This document shows, piece by piece, positions 8,050-16,039 of a stretch of DNA of 64,000 nucleotides. A program made the position numbers and the translations under genes. The stretch lies in the NCBI GenBank assembly GCA_964484165.1, contig CAZAFS010000001.1, positions 763-64,762 on the forward strand, read 5' to 3'. Positions within the stretch are counted from its first letter, which is position 1. The number at the start of each line of letters is the position of its first letter. The stretch is from an uncultured Opitutaceae bacterium (GTDB taxonomy: Bacteria > Verrucomicrobiota > Verrucomicrobiia > Opitutales > Opitutaceae). A model generated the notes under the pieces. That model ran no database searches. It had not been told where the DNA came from and saw only the letters and a program-made list of their open reading frames with translations.

Positions 8050-9051
8050 TCAGGCGGGCGTGATGGGCTGGCAGAGTGCGGCCAAATTTTCGGGCGGAGT
8101 CGGCGCGGGAATCTCGCAACCGGCGTTGACCATAAAGGGCGCGCCGGCATCGGCATAACAGCGGCGGATGGCGGCGGCGATGCTTTCGGGCGATCCGCGC
8201 ATGACGCAAGCAACCGGATCGACGTTACCGGACAGGACGATTCGCGGCCCCAGCACGCGGCGGGCCTCGGCCAAGCTCACCATGTGGTCGATGTCGATGA
8301 CGTCGAGACCCAGCGTCGCGATGCCCGGCAGGAGATGCTTGATGTTGCCGCAAATGTGCAGCCGGACGTGCACGCGCATCTCGTGCAGCGTCGCCACGAG
8401 CCGCTGCTCGTGCGGCAGGATGAGCGTTTCGTATACCTTCGCCGACACTTGGCTGGCCACGGCATCGCCAATGCCGATCGTATCGGCGCCGGCGGCCACC
8501 TGCGGGCGGGCGAAATCGATCGCCGTTTCCACACAGCGGGCCATTAACGCGTCCGTGTAGGCCGGATCATCAAGCAGATCCATGAAGAAATTGGACACGC
8601 CGCGCAGATCGGCGGCCTCCGCGGCCGGGCCCTCCACCCAGCCCATGATCGAAAAGCGGTCGCCCGCCCGCGCCTTGTAGGCGCGCACAGCCTCGATGCG
8701 ATCGCGCATGCGCGGTGCCTGCAGCGGATCGGGCCGCGGCAATTTGGCGAGATCCGGATCCTCCTCCAGCGGCGGCTTGAGGCAAATGGGCACGCCATTG
8801 CGGGGAAACTCGATCGGCGCGCCGAAACCCGCTGTCTCCCGATAAGGATCGGACATGGTGTTGAGCTGATCGATGCCGAATTCCTCGGCGCAACGAAGAT
8901 TGGCCTCAACCAATACCCGATAGTCCGAAGCGAAGGCGCCGTAGTAGGAGCCAATGTGCTCGGCGGCGAACTGCATCAGGATCGGTAGCCGGGGCAGCAC
9001 GTCTGGTCGGCCGCCGTGCAGCACCGCCAAATAACGTTCACGCGGGGTCAT
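8050..9051 (-). CDS. mtaA: URO-D family methylcobamide methyltransferase (MtaA/MtbA-like MT2)
   Basis: This is ORF 8050..9072; the track start is TTG and an ATG lies at 9051 (MTPRERYLAVLHG). It is URO-D-like throughout. The MT2 zinc motif is present as VRLHICGNIKHLL (H-x-C) and VNAGCEIP (distal Cys). Confidence 0.8.
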   Translation of the reverse strand: MTPRERYLAVLHGGRPDVLPRLPILMQFAAEHIGSYYGAFASDYRVLVEANLRCAEEFGIDQLNTMSDPYRETAGFGAPIEFPRNGVPICLKPPLEEDPDLAKLPRPDPLQAPRMRDRIEAVRAYKARAGDRFSIMGWVEGPAAEAADLRGVSNFFMDLLDDPAYTDALMARCVETAIDFARPQVAAGADTIGIGDAVASQVSAKVYETLILPHEQRLVATLHEMRVHVRLHICGNIKHLLPGIATLGLDVIDIDHMVSLAEARRVLGPRIVLSGNVDPVACVMRGSPESIAAAIRRCYADAGAPFMVNAGCEIPAPTPPENLAALCQPITPA

Positions 9052-9097
9052 AAGTTGGAGAAGCGGTTCCAAGAAAGGGCTGACGGCCTCCCGAGCA

Positions 9098-9688
9098 TTA
9101 GTCCAGCTCGGCCGGCCGGGGGCCGGCGGCAGCCATGGCGCCGCGGGCGGAAGCCAGTTTGACCGCCAGGACGAAAATCCCGGTAAAGAGCAGATCCCCG
9201 AACAACGTGTTGCGGAAGAACCAGAGAGTGTTCGGGTATTCCGGGTGGCCGATGGTCAGAGCCTGGCACCAGCCGGCCAGCGATTTCGCATAAAAGGGAT
9301 CGGCAGCCCAGGCGACCGTGTTTGTGGCAAGGTAGAAAATGGCAGAGCTGGCCAGTGCACCGCCCAGAAGAGTGTACCCGTTGCGCCGGCGCGCCACGAG
9401 CCGGCCGACGCCCACGGCCGCGGCGAAGCAAAGCAGACGGAGGAAGATCTCATCCGACGACCATGCGAAGCCAAACCGTGTGGCATGGTAATGGTTAAGC
9501 CACAGGTCGGACAGCATGAGGGCGAAAAAGGGGACCAGCCACCACCGCCAGTCGTGGAAAAACACCGCGCCGCAAAACGCTAGCGCCGTGATCGGGGCCA
9601 CGTTGGAGAGCGACGGTTCAAACGCGCTCAGGACGCGCCAGAGGGCGGCTAGAAGAATCAGAATGAAGGCAAGAGTTGGGTTTTTCAT
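9098..9688 (-). CDS. Small polytopic membrane protein, possibly the DUF6580 putative-transporter family
   Basis: The ORF is 196 aa, starts with ATG at 9688 and has 5-6 hydrophobic segments. The N-terminal NVAPITALAFCGAVFF resembles the DUF6580 signature as I recall it. It lies inside the mta-like operon. Confidence 0.65.
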   Translation of the reverse strand: MKNPTLAFILILLAALWRVLSAFEPSLSNVAPITALAFCGAVFFHDWRWWLVPFFALMLSDLWLNHYHATRFGFAWSSDEIFLRLLCFAAAVGVGRLVARRRNGYTLLGGALASSAIFYLATNTVAWAADPFYAKSLAGWCQALTIGHPEYPNTLWFFRNTLFGDLLFTGIFVLAVKLASARGAMAAAGPRPAELD

Positions 9689-9706
9689 GAGAAGATCAGG
9701 AAGGGC

Positions 9707-10288
9707 TTACACTAAATCGACCACGGCGCCCGGAGCCGAGGCTGCACTGCGCATCGAGGCGCAGTGGATGCCCGGTGGAGTCGGCCTCGCGACGACGCGG
9801 TCGGCAAGCTCGAGCAGGACCATCTGAAAAAGTGACAGGGCTTGCTCCTGCAGGGCTTTCATCCAAGCCCGGTCCAAGCAGACGACCAGTTTGCGCGGCC
9901 AGCCGAGAACGCAATCAAACTCCGCTACCAAGGCCGCGGCCGCCATGGCTGGCACTTCGACAAAAAGCGAGTCGGTGCTACCCGCTGCCACCAGCGCGCG
10001 CAGCGCTCCGGGCAGGTCGGCCAGAATGGGGCAGCAGATACAGGGCAGAAGAATCCGCCGCACGGTCACGCTAGGGTTGTCCTTGGCAAATTCCTCCATG
10101 CGCGTAGGCCTTTCCTCCGCCAGCAGGACCGCGCAACGCGCATCGGGCTGATTCACCGTGATGTCGCGGATTTGCTGCTGCAACCAGCGGATCTTGCCGG
10201 CGTCGCGTGGTCCGGTCACAAACACACAGTGCGGCAGAGTTTTCGGAGCGGAGGTCGCGCGCCAGGAGGGTGAAGGCTTAGCCTGCAT
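9707..10288 (-). CDS. Degenerate CobW/G3E-family P-loop protein (short form)
   Basis: VFVTGPRDAGKI is a Walker A with the Ser/Thr replaced by Ile. LLPCICCP retains the CobW CxCC metal motif. SLFVEVPAMAAAALV resembles the IETSGLADP block. The NEFGE-type switch is not conserved. Confidence 0.6.
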   Translation of the reverse strand: MQAKPSPSWRATSAPKTLPHCVFVTGPRDAGKIRWLQQQIRDITVNQPDARCAVLLAEERPTRMEEFAKDNPSVTVRRILLPCICCPILADLPGALRALVAAGSTDSLFVEVPAMAAAALVAEFDCVLGWPRKLVVCLDRAWMKALQEQALSLFQMVLLELADRVVARPTPPGIHCASMRSAASAPGAVVDLV

Positions 10289-10309
10289 GGGTCCGCCGTT
10301 TCAGGTCAT

Positions 10310-11686
10310 TTAGAGTCCGTACTCCACCGGGAGATATTTAGCCGGGTCGGCCAGTGACATCTGCCGGTCGATGAAGCTGGCCTCATCGGACGGCAACTCG
10401 TCAAGTTGCGCGGTCATCGAGTCAAGGAAGCCGAGTTCGCGCCGGACGATCTTGAGCGAACCCGTGGCGTGGCTAGCGCGCAGGAGATCGATGGCACAGC
10501 GCGCCGCAGCGACGCCTGCATGGTAATGGTCTGGCGCATCCACGATCACGCGGCCGATGGCGATGACGCTTTCCGGGGCCAGCACCCAAGCCTGTGGATC
10601 GAGCCCCGCGTCGGACTCGACCAGCCAGCGCCGCAGGGTGAGGGCGGCGGCCTTCCCCTCGGCCAGAGCCCGATTCATCAACCGGCAGTCGTAGATCAAC
10701 TGTTCCATGTAGCAGGTCGGGGCCATGCCGGCGAGGAGCCGGACGTTCTGCACCGACTCGTTGGACCAGGTGTCGGCGTAGGCTGAGGCGATGTTGCCGA
10801 GCGGGCTGAAATGCGCACAGGCGGAGGTCTTGCCCTCCATGGCCACAGGATAGCCGGTTATGGCCTTGAGGTAGGGATTTTCGTAGGCACAATCCTTGCC
10901 CGGGCCGACGGCGCCATGTTCGTACGCCACGAGCGTGCGCACCGCCGTGACGGCGCGCACGACGGCGGCAAAGACCCGGGGAATCATCTTCTGCTCGGCC
11001 AGCACCATCGCGGTGTTGCCAAAGCCGCAGGCGGTGTCGCCCGCGCAGATGACGCCGTGGCGCCGCGCGATGACGGCGCGCTGTTTCCACAGGAATTCCA
11101 TGTCGCGTACGCCGAGCACGCATAGGGAGAAGATCACCTGTCCCAAGTCGCAGTTCATCAGCGCCTCGTCGTGCAGCTCCTTGCCGCCCACCGATTCGAT
11201 GCTCAGCAACTCGGCGCCGGCGCGGGCCGAGCCTTCGAAGAGCTCCAGCATCCGCTCCCAATGCTCACCCGAGCGCATGACCGGCGGGCGGGCGAACTCC
11301 CGGTTGTCGTTGGGCGTCATGCGCAGCGCCGTGGGCAGACCATACTGGCGGCGGGCTTCCGCCATGCCGGCGAGGAGCACCTGCACGATCTCGAGGCCAA
11401 AGGCCGGCGTGGCGGTCATGGGCGGTACAGTCTCGAATTCGATCACCACGCCGGGCGCCTCGAGTTCGGCCGCACGCCGCAGCGCATCCTTGATGATCTC
11501 TTGGTAGTGGCGGACCACAACGGGCATCGTCGCCGCCGCTACCTCCATAGTGGGTAGCGTAAAATTGAGTTCCGGATAAACCAGCCCGCCGCCCAGGCTC
11601 AGCCCTTGGCGGGTCACCAGCGGCTTGGGCGCGGTGCCGAAAAGCAGGTCGTCCGGGTTCGTGATCGCAAGGTATCGGAATCTCAT
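10310..11686 (-). CDS. mtaB: MtaB-family methyl-donor:corrinoid methyltransferase (methanol:corrinoid MT1-like)
   Basis: This is ORF 10310..11713; the track start is TTG and an ATG lies at 11686 (MRFRYLAITN). The blocks LLSIESVGGKE, ICAGDTACGFGNTAM, LVAYEHGAVGPGKDCAYENPYLKAITG, MEGKTSACAH, WSNESV and YDCRLMNRALAEG align with Methanosarcina MtaB from memory. The Glu/Cys/Cys zinc-ligand positions are among them. Confidence 0.9.
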   Translation of the reverse strand: MRFRYLAITNPDDLLFGTAPKPLVTRQGLSLGGGLVYPELNFTLPTMEVAAATMPVVVRHYQEIIKDALRRAAELEAPGVVIEFETVPPMTATPAFGLEIVQVLLAGMAEARRQYGLPTALRMTPNDNREFARPPVMRSGEHWERMLELFEGSARAGAELLSIESVGGKELHDEALMNCDLGQVIFSLCVLGVRDMEFLWKQRAVIARRHGVICAGDTACGFGNTAMVLAEQKMIPRVFAAVVRAVTAVRTLVAYEHGAVGPGKDCAYENPYLKAITGYPVAMEGKTSACAHFSPLGNIASAYADTWSNESVQNVRLLAGMAPTCYMEQLIYDCRLMNRALAEGKAAALTLRRWLVESDAGLDPQAWVLAPESVIAIGRVIVDAPDHYHAGVAAARCAIDLLRASHATGSLKIVRRELGFLDSMTAQLDELPSDEASFIDRQMSLADPAKYLPVEYGL

Positions 11687-11752
11687 GAGCAAAAAAGGGG
11701 AGGCCGGTTCCAATGGCCGCCGGTGCGACCGCAGGTAAGGGCGAAATCAACC

Positions 11753-12388
11753 TCACACCACGCCGGCGAGCGTCTTGGCCTGGTCTGCGGCCGACGCGGC
11801 GTCCGGGGCGTAGCCGTCGGCGCCAATCTCGTCGGCATACTGCTGACTGATCGGCGCGCCTCCGACCATAATCTTGACCGGCGGGCAGCCGCTGGTGCGG
11901 ATGGCGCGCAACGTTTCAACCATGGCCGGCATCGTCGTGGTCAGTAGGGCGGACAGGCCGACCACCTGAGGCCGATACTCGTTGATCGCGCTCACGAATT
12001 TGGCAGGGGCCACGTTGGTGCCCAGGTCGATGACGCGGAAATTGGCCCCCTTCCACATGACAGCGACCAGATTTTTGCCGATATCGTGCAGGTCGCCCTG
12101 CACCGTGCCGATCACGGCGGTGAATTTGGGAGTGATGCCGGCGGCGAGCAGCCGCGGCTCCAGCACGGTCATCGACTCCTTCATCGCCCGCGCCGCCACG
12201 AGCATCTCGGGGACGAAGATCTCGTTGTTCTTGAACTTTTCGCCCACAGCGGCCATCGCGGGCACTAGCGCCTGGTCCACAAGTTCACCGGGCTTGGCCC
12301 CCTCGTCGAGAGCCCGTTGCGTGAGGGCCCGGGCGTCCTTGCTTTTTCCGGCGGCGACGGCTTGGGAGAGTAGTTCGAGCGTGGTCAT
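11753..12388 (-). CDS. mtaC: Corrinoid (cobalamin-binding) protein, MtaC/MtbC-like
   Basis: This is ORF 11753..12418; the track start is TTG and an ATG lies at 12388 (MTTLELL). It has a B12-binding helical cap plus a Rossmann domain. GDLHDIGKN is the DxHxxG motif, followed by GLSALLTTT and MVGGAP. Confidence 0.9.
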   Translation of the reverse strand: MTTLELLSQAVAAGKSKDARALTQRALDEGAKPGELVDQALVPAMAAVGEKFKNNEIFVPEMLVAARAMKESMTVLEPRLLAAGITPKFTAVIGTVQGDLHDIGKNLVAVMWKGANFRVIDLGTNVAPAKFVSAINEYRPQVVGLSALLTTTMPAMVETLRAIRTSGCPPVKIMVGGAPISQQYADEIGADGYAPDAASAADQAKTLAGVV

Positions 12389-12414
12389 GATGGAGGCGGT
12401 GGAAAGGAAATAGT

Positions 12415-13656
12415 TCAAAGCCTAGCAGAAGCCGGGGCGACCAGCTTGGACGGCGGTGCTTTTGTTTGGGACTTTGATGCGGCCCGCGGATGGCCATGGC
12501 GGTAGTCGCCGGGCGTTCGGCCCATGCGTTTGCGGAACACCCGCGTGAAGTAGCTCTGGTCGCCAAAACCGCACTCAAGGGCGATCTGCGCCAGCGGAGT
12601 GTCAGTGCGGACCAATAGCTGGCAGGCGCGATCCACCCGCAGCCAAGTTAGCAGCTCGGTGAACGACCAGCGGGTTTTCGCCCGCATCAGGTGCGAAAAG
12701 TGGCTGGGCGAGAGGCCGGCCACGCGCGCGGTCGGCTCGCGCGTGAGGTCGTCGGCCAGGTGTGCCTCCATGAACTCCAGTCCGCCCGCGAGCAGGACCG
12801 GGCTGGGGCGCCCGTTGTTGGCTTCGATCGCGTCGATGAGCTGTTCGAGCATGTCGCACAGCCAGACCGCCAGGGCCTCCTGGTCGGCGACGTCTGCCAG
12901 CGCAGTGCGCGACTGGTAGTTGAGGCCGAGGATCTTCGAGGGATCGCCGCCAGCCTACACCGCTGCCCGGGTCATCATGACCACCAGTTCCAGCGCCAAG
13001 CTCTTGAGCAACTCGGTGCGGGCTTGGCCGACGGCGTAAATGGCGGTCAGCACGCGGTTGATGATGCGCCGGGCCTCGGTGCGCTCTCCGCGCCGGATGG
13101 CGGCCAGCAGCTCCGGCTCCTCGTGCAAATAGATGTTCCGGATATCGTCGTGCAGCCGGTCCTTCAGGGTATGGAGCGCCTCGGCCTTTTCGCTCTTGCG
13201 TCGCGCCGCGCGGCGACGCTCGCCCAGCAGCGCGGCGTTGGTGAGATTGCGTTCGGTGGCCAGCGCGAGCAGGCGGGCGCAGGCACCGAGAATCCGGCGG
13301 TCCAGACTGCCGGCGCGCCTGGGCCGTTTGAGAACGACGCCAGCCACGATCAGGCCGCCGCAGAATTGCTGGTTGTTCATGACCGGAACGGCCCACAACG
13401 CCCGGTTGCAGGCACAGCATAAGATGCAGGGCTCGCCCCAACGCAGCGCTTCGGCCACCGCCTGCGCTCGAAACAACCGGCACGCCTCGTTTCGCGCGCA
13501 GGCGGCCACGCCGGGCCCCCCGCGCAGGAAGCGACCCGCGGCGTCGACCGCGGCGAGCACGAAACCCGTCGCCCGCCGGTGGCGTCGGGCCAGCCGGTCG
13601 AATCCGGAGGCGTCAAGCAGGCCGGGAAACACGTCGAGGGTGGCGCGCGCGGTCAT
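12415..13656 (-). pseudogene. PocR-sensor / AraC-type HTH transcriptional regulator interrupted by an in-frame TAG
   Basis: ORF 12955..13836, from the ATG at 13656, contains a PocR-like Cys-rich sensor (CILCCACNRALWAVPVMNNQQFCGGLIVAGVV). ORF 12415..12852 contains the AraC dual HTH (IALECGFGDQSYFTRVFRKRMGRTPGDY). Both are in the same frame. The read-through gives ...LVVMMTRAAV*AGGDPSKILGLNYQSRTALADV..., with the TAG at 12955-12957. Confidence 0.8.
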
Positions 13657-13657
13657 G

Positions 13658-14330
13658 TCAGGGCAAGACCAGTTGGTCGATGCAGGCGTCTTCGAATCCG
13701 GGCTGCAGGTTGAGTTCGATCGCCTCCATGGTGCGGCACGCCACCGCCATTTCCTCGAGCAGGCTGCGGTCGTGCAAGGCCAGAAAGGCGCTCCCGAGCG
13801 AGGTGTTGCCGACGACTTGGATCTGTTCGAACGCAAAGCCCGGGAGCAGACCGCAGCCTATGGCGTGCTCCAACGAGAGAGGCATGCCGAAACCGCCGGC
13901 GAGATGGAGCCGCTTCACATCGCGTGGCGCGGCGCCGAGCAGATGCAGCAGCGTTGAGATGCCGGCCGCCAAGAACTGCACGGTTGCCAAGTGGCGTTTG
14001 ACAATGTGGTGCCTTGGTCGGCGCCGGATGAACACGACCACGTCGCGCCAAGAGCTGCTGCGCGATTTTCGATCATGAAGATGCAGATCCCGTCGAAGCC
14101 GTAGATTGTTTCTTCGTAAGCTAATTGGCGGTAGCACGCAAGCGCTCGCAATCAGGGTGACGGTGCAGCTCATCGGGGTTCCTCCGAATTCCCGGCATGG
14201 CGTTGGGCGCTCACCCGTCGAGATGCAGTAAGCCGTTGCCGGCCTCGGTCGAGGCAAGTTTCACTTTTCCTTCGACCAAGGACCCTGGAAATGCCTAAAT
14301 CGACCGCCAATGGATCGTTACCATGGCAAC
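13658..14330 (-). pseudogene. RACo-type corrinoid reductive activase (ASKHA/DUF4445), C-terminal stump with frame breaks
   Basis: The C-terminus reads ...VKRLHLAGGFGMPLSLEHAIGCGLLPGFAFEQIQVVGNTSLGSAFLAL, which is the RACo C-terminal pattern. Upstream pieces lie in other frames: LAVDLG... and VEGKVKLASTEAGNG, which resemble the DxGTNGE ... STAAGPA block. The 2Fe-2S domain and the first half of the ASKHA domain are absent. Confidence 0.6.
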
Positions 14331-14443
14331 TCCCCGTCTGTATCTCAGGGTTTGCAGACAATCTGCCAATGGCAGCAATGCCAATTCGGTGAAGTCAACA
14401 TGAAGTCCATTTTCACGAAATGATAGATGGCCCCGGAATTGCC

Positions 14444-15022
14444 ATGAGCTATTTCAGCGATTATACCACGGCCGTGTTTTCCCGCCTGCAATCCGTGGTG
14501 GCGACGGACGAACGGGGGAAAATCCTCGAGATCCAGGCGGCGTTCGACCGCTGGTGCCACCTGACGACCGCCGCGCAGAACGGAGGCCGCTCACATTATT
14601 TCATTGGCAACGGGGCCAGCGCCACGATGGCAAGCCATATGGCGCTTGATTGTGCGAAAAACGCCGGCATTCGGGCTCTGGCATTCAACGATCCCGCATC
14701 GCTCACGGCCTTGGGCAATGACGTCGGTTTCGACCAGTGCTTTGCCCAGCCGTTGCGCTGGCATGCGCGTGCGGGCGATATTTTGGTCGCAATCTCGAGT
14801 TCCGGGCGGTCGCGCAACATTCTCGTCGCGCTTGAGGCCGCCCGGACGATTGGCTGCAACGTTGTAACCTTGACGGGGATGGGCGAGGACAATCCAACTC
14901 GCAAGGGCGGCGGTCTCAACTTTTACATCCCTGCAAAGACCTACGGTGCGGTGGAGTGCGCTCATCAAATCCTGCTCCATTGCTGGTTGGACCAGCACAT
15001 GGAGCTCGAGGAGTGGGGTTGA
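14444..15022 (+). CDS. SIS-domain sugar-phosphate isomerase (GmhA/phosphoheptose-isomerase-like)
   Basis: This is ORF 14420..15022; I prefer the ATG at 14444 (MSYFSDYT). The motifs are FIGNGASATMASHMALD and VAISSSGRSRNIL. Its stop overlaps the start of the next gene (TGATG). Confidence 0.8.
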   Translation: MSYFSDYTTAVFSRLQSVVATDERGKILEIQAAFDRWCHLTTAAQNGGRSHYFIGNGASATMASHMALDCAKNAGIRALAFNDPASLTALGNDVGFDQCFAQPLRWHARAGDILVAISSSGRSRNILVALEAARTIGCNVVTLTGMGEDNPTRKGGGLNFYIPAKTYGAVECAHQILLHCWLDQHMELEEWG

Positions 15023-15984
15023 TGAGCTGCCATTATCTCGGTTTTGAGAGTGGTGGGACAAACCTGCGGGCGGTGCTTTGCGACGAGAGCGAGCAATGCG
15101 TTGGCAGCGCGGAAACCACGCGGCCGGCGGGTGCGACGGCGCGGGACACACTGATGCATCTGGCGGAGCTTGGGCACGGTCTCCGGCGCCGCTGTGTGCC
15201 GAAGGACTCAGCGGTGACTGCGATCGGATGGGGGTTCGGCGGCCCGGTCGATCGGGAGAATAATCGCCCGGTACTCAATTACCACGAAGCGGGTTGGGAC
15301 CGGCTGGATCCCGCCGGGCAGCTGGGTGAGGTGTTTGGTGTTCCGGTCTTCATTGAGAACGACTGCAAGCTCGCCGGCCTCGCCGAAGCGTTGCAAGGGA
15401 CGGGTGTCAAACGCGGGCTCATGGTCTACATTACCCTTGGGAGCGGGGTGGGCGGGGGGTTGATCTGGAACGGCGAAATCGTCGCCTCGGGCCGCTATGG
15501 CGAAATGGAAGTGGGCCACCTCGAGGTCGTCCCGAATGGCGCCATCTGCGCCTGTGGGAAGAAAGGCTGCCTTGAGGCCTATTGCTCGGGTTGGGGCCTA
15601 GGGGAACGCGCTTACGAGACAGCCCGGCCTCATGCTGCGACGAGCGACGTAGCCCGCGCCATCCTGGAATGTCCGCCCGTGGAGCGCTCACGCCGGCTGT
15701 TCGCGGGTTGGCCGCACGACGATTTTGCCCGGGAGCGGGTCGCCGATTTCCTGGAAAAACTGGCCCAGGTCTGTGCGCAGTTGATCCAAATTCTTGCGCC
15801 GGCCCGGATCGTCCTCGGCGGCGGGGTTGCGGGGAACGCTTGGCTCGCGGACGAACTGGGAAAGGTGGTGGTGCTGCGGCTCCCCGAGCGCTTTCGGGGA
15901 GTCTCGGCTTTCCATCTTGGGAAGTTGGGCCCTCTGGCCGTGCCTTTGGGCGCGGCGATTTACGCGAAGAAACAGTTCTGTTAG
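15022..15984 (+). CDS. ROK-family sugar kinase
   Basis: This is ORF 14956..15984 trimmed to the ATG at 15022 (MSCHYLGFESGGTN). The motifs are NDCKLAGLAE, LGSGVGGGLI and the ROK zinc motif GHLEVVPNGAICACGKKGCLEAYCS. Confidence 0.85.
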   Translation: MSCHYLGFESGGTNLRAVLCDESEQCVGSAETTRPAGATARDTLMHLAELGHGLRRRCVPKDSAVTAIGWGFGGPVDRENNRPVLNYHEAGWDRLDPAGQLGEVFGVPVFIENDCKLAGLAEALQGTGVKRGLMVYITLGSGVGGGLIWNGEIVASGRYGEMEVGHLEVVPNGAICACGKKGCLEAYCSGWGLGERAYETARPHAATSDVARAILECPPVERSRRLFAGWPHDDFARERVADFLEKLAQVCAQLIQILAPARIVLGGGVAGNAWLADELGKVVVLRLPERFRGVSAFHLGKLGPLAVPLGAAIYAKKQFC

Positions 15985-16039
15985 AATTTTACTGGATGGG
16001 TTCCTGTAGTGGTCGATCCGTCAATACGTTTCTACATAC

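Noticed and set aside
11687-12414. A cobalamin riboswitch or other leader RNA could lie in front of the mtaC-like or mtaB-like genes.
   Set aside because: The available non-coding gaps are only about 26 nt (12389-12414) and 66 nt (11687-11752). These are far too short for a cobalamin riboswitch, and no B12-box-like sequence was noticed.
12955-12957. The in-frame TAG beside the corrinoid methyltransferase genes could be a pyrrolysine codon.
   Set aside because: The TAG is in a transcription regulator, not in a methylamine methyltransferase. TAG terminates several clearly intact genes in this window (30991, 32667, 45176, 47702, 59794). No pylTSBCD-like genes are visible here. A nonsense mutation is far more likely. 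The idea remains checkable genome-wide.
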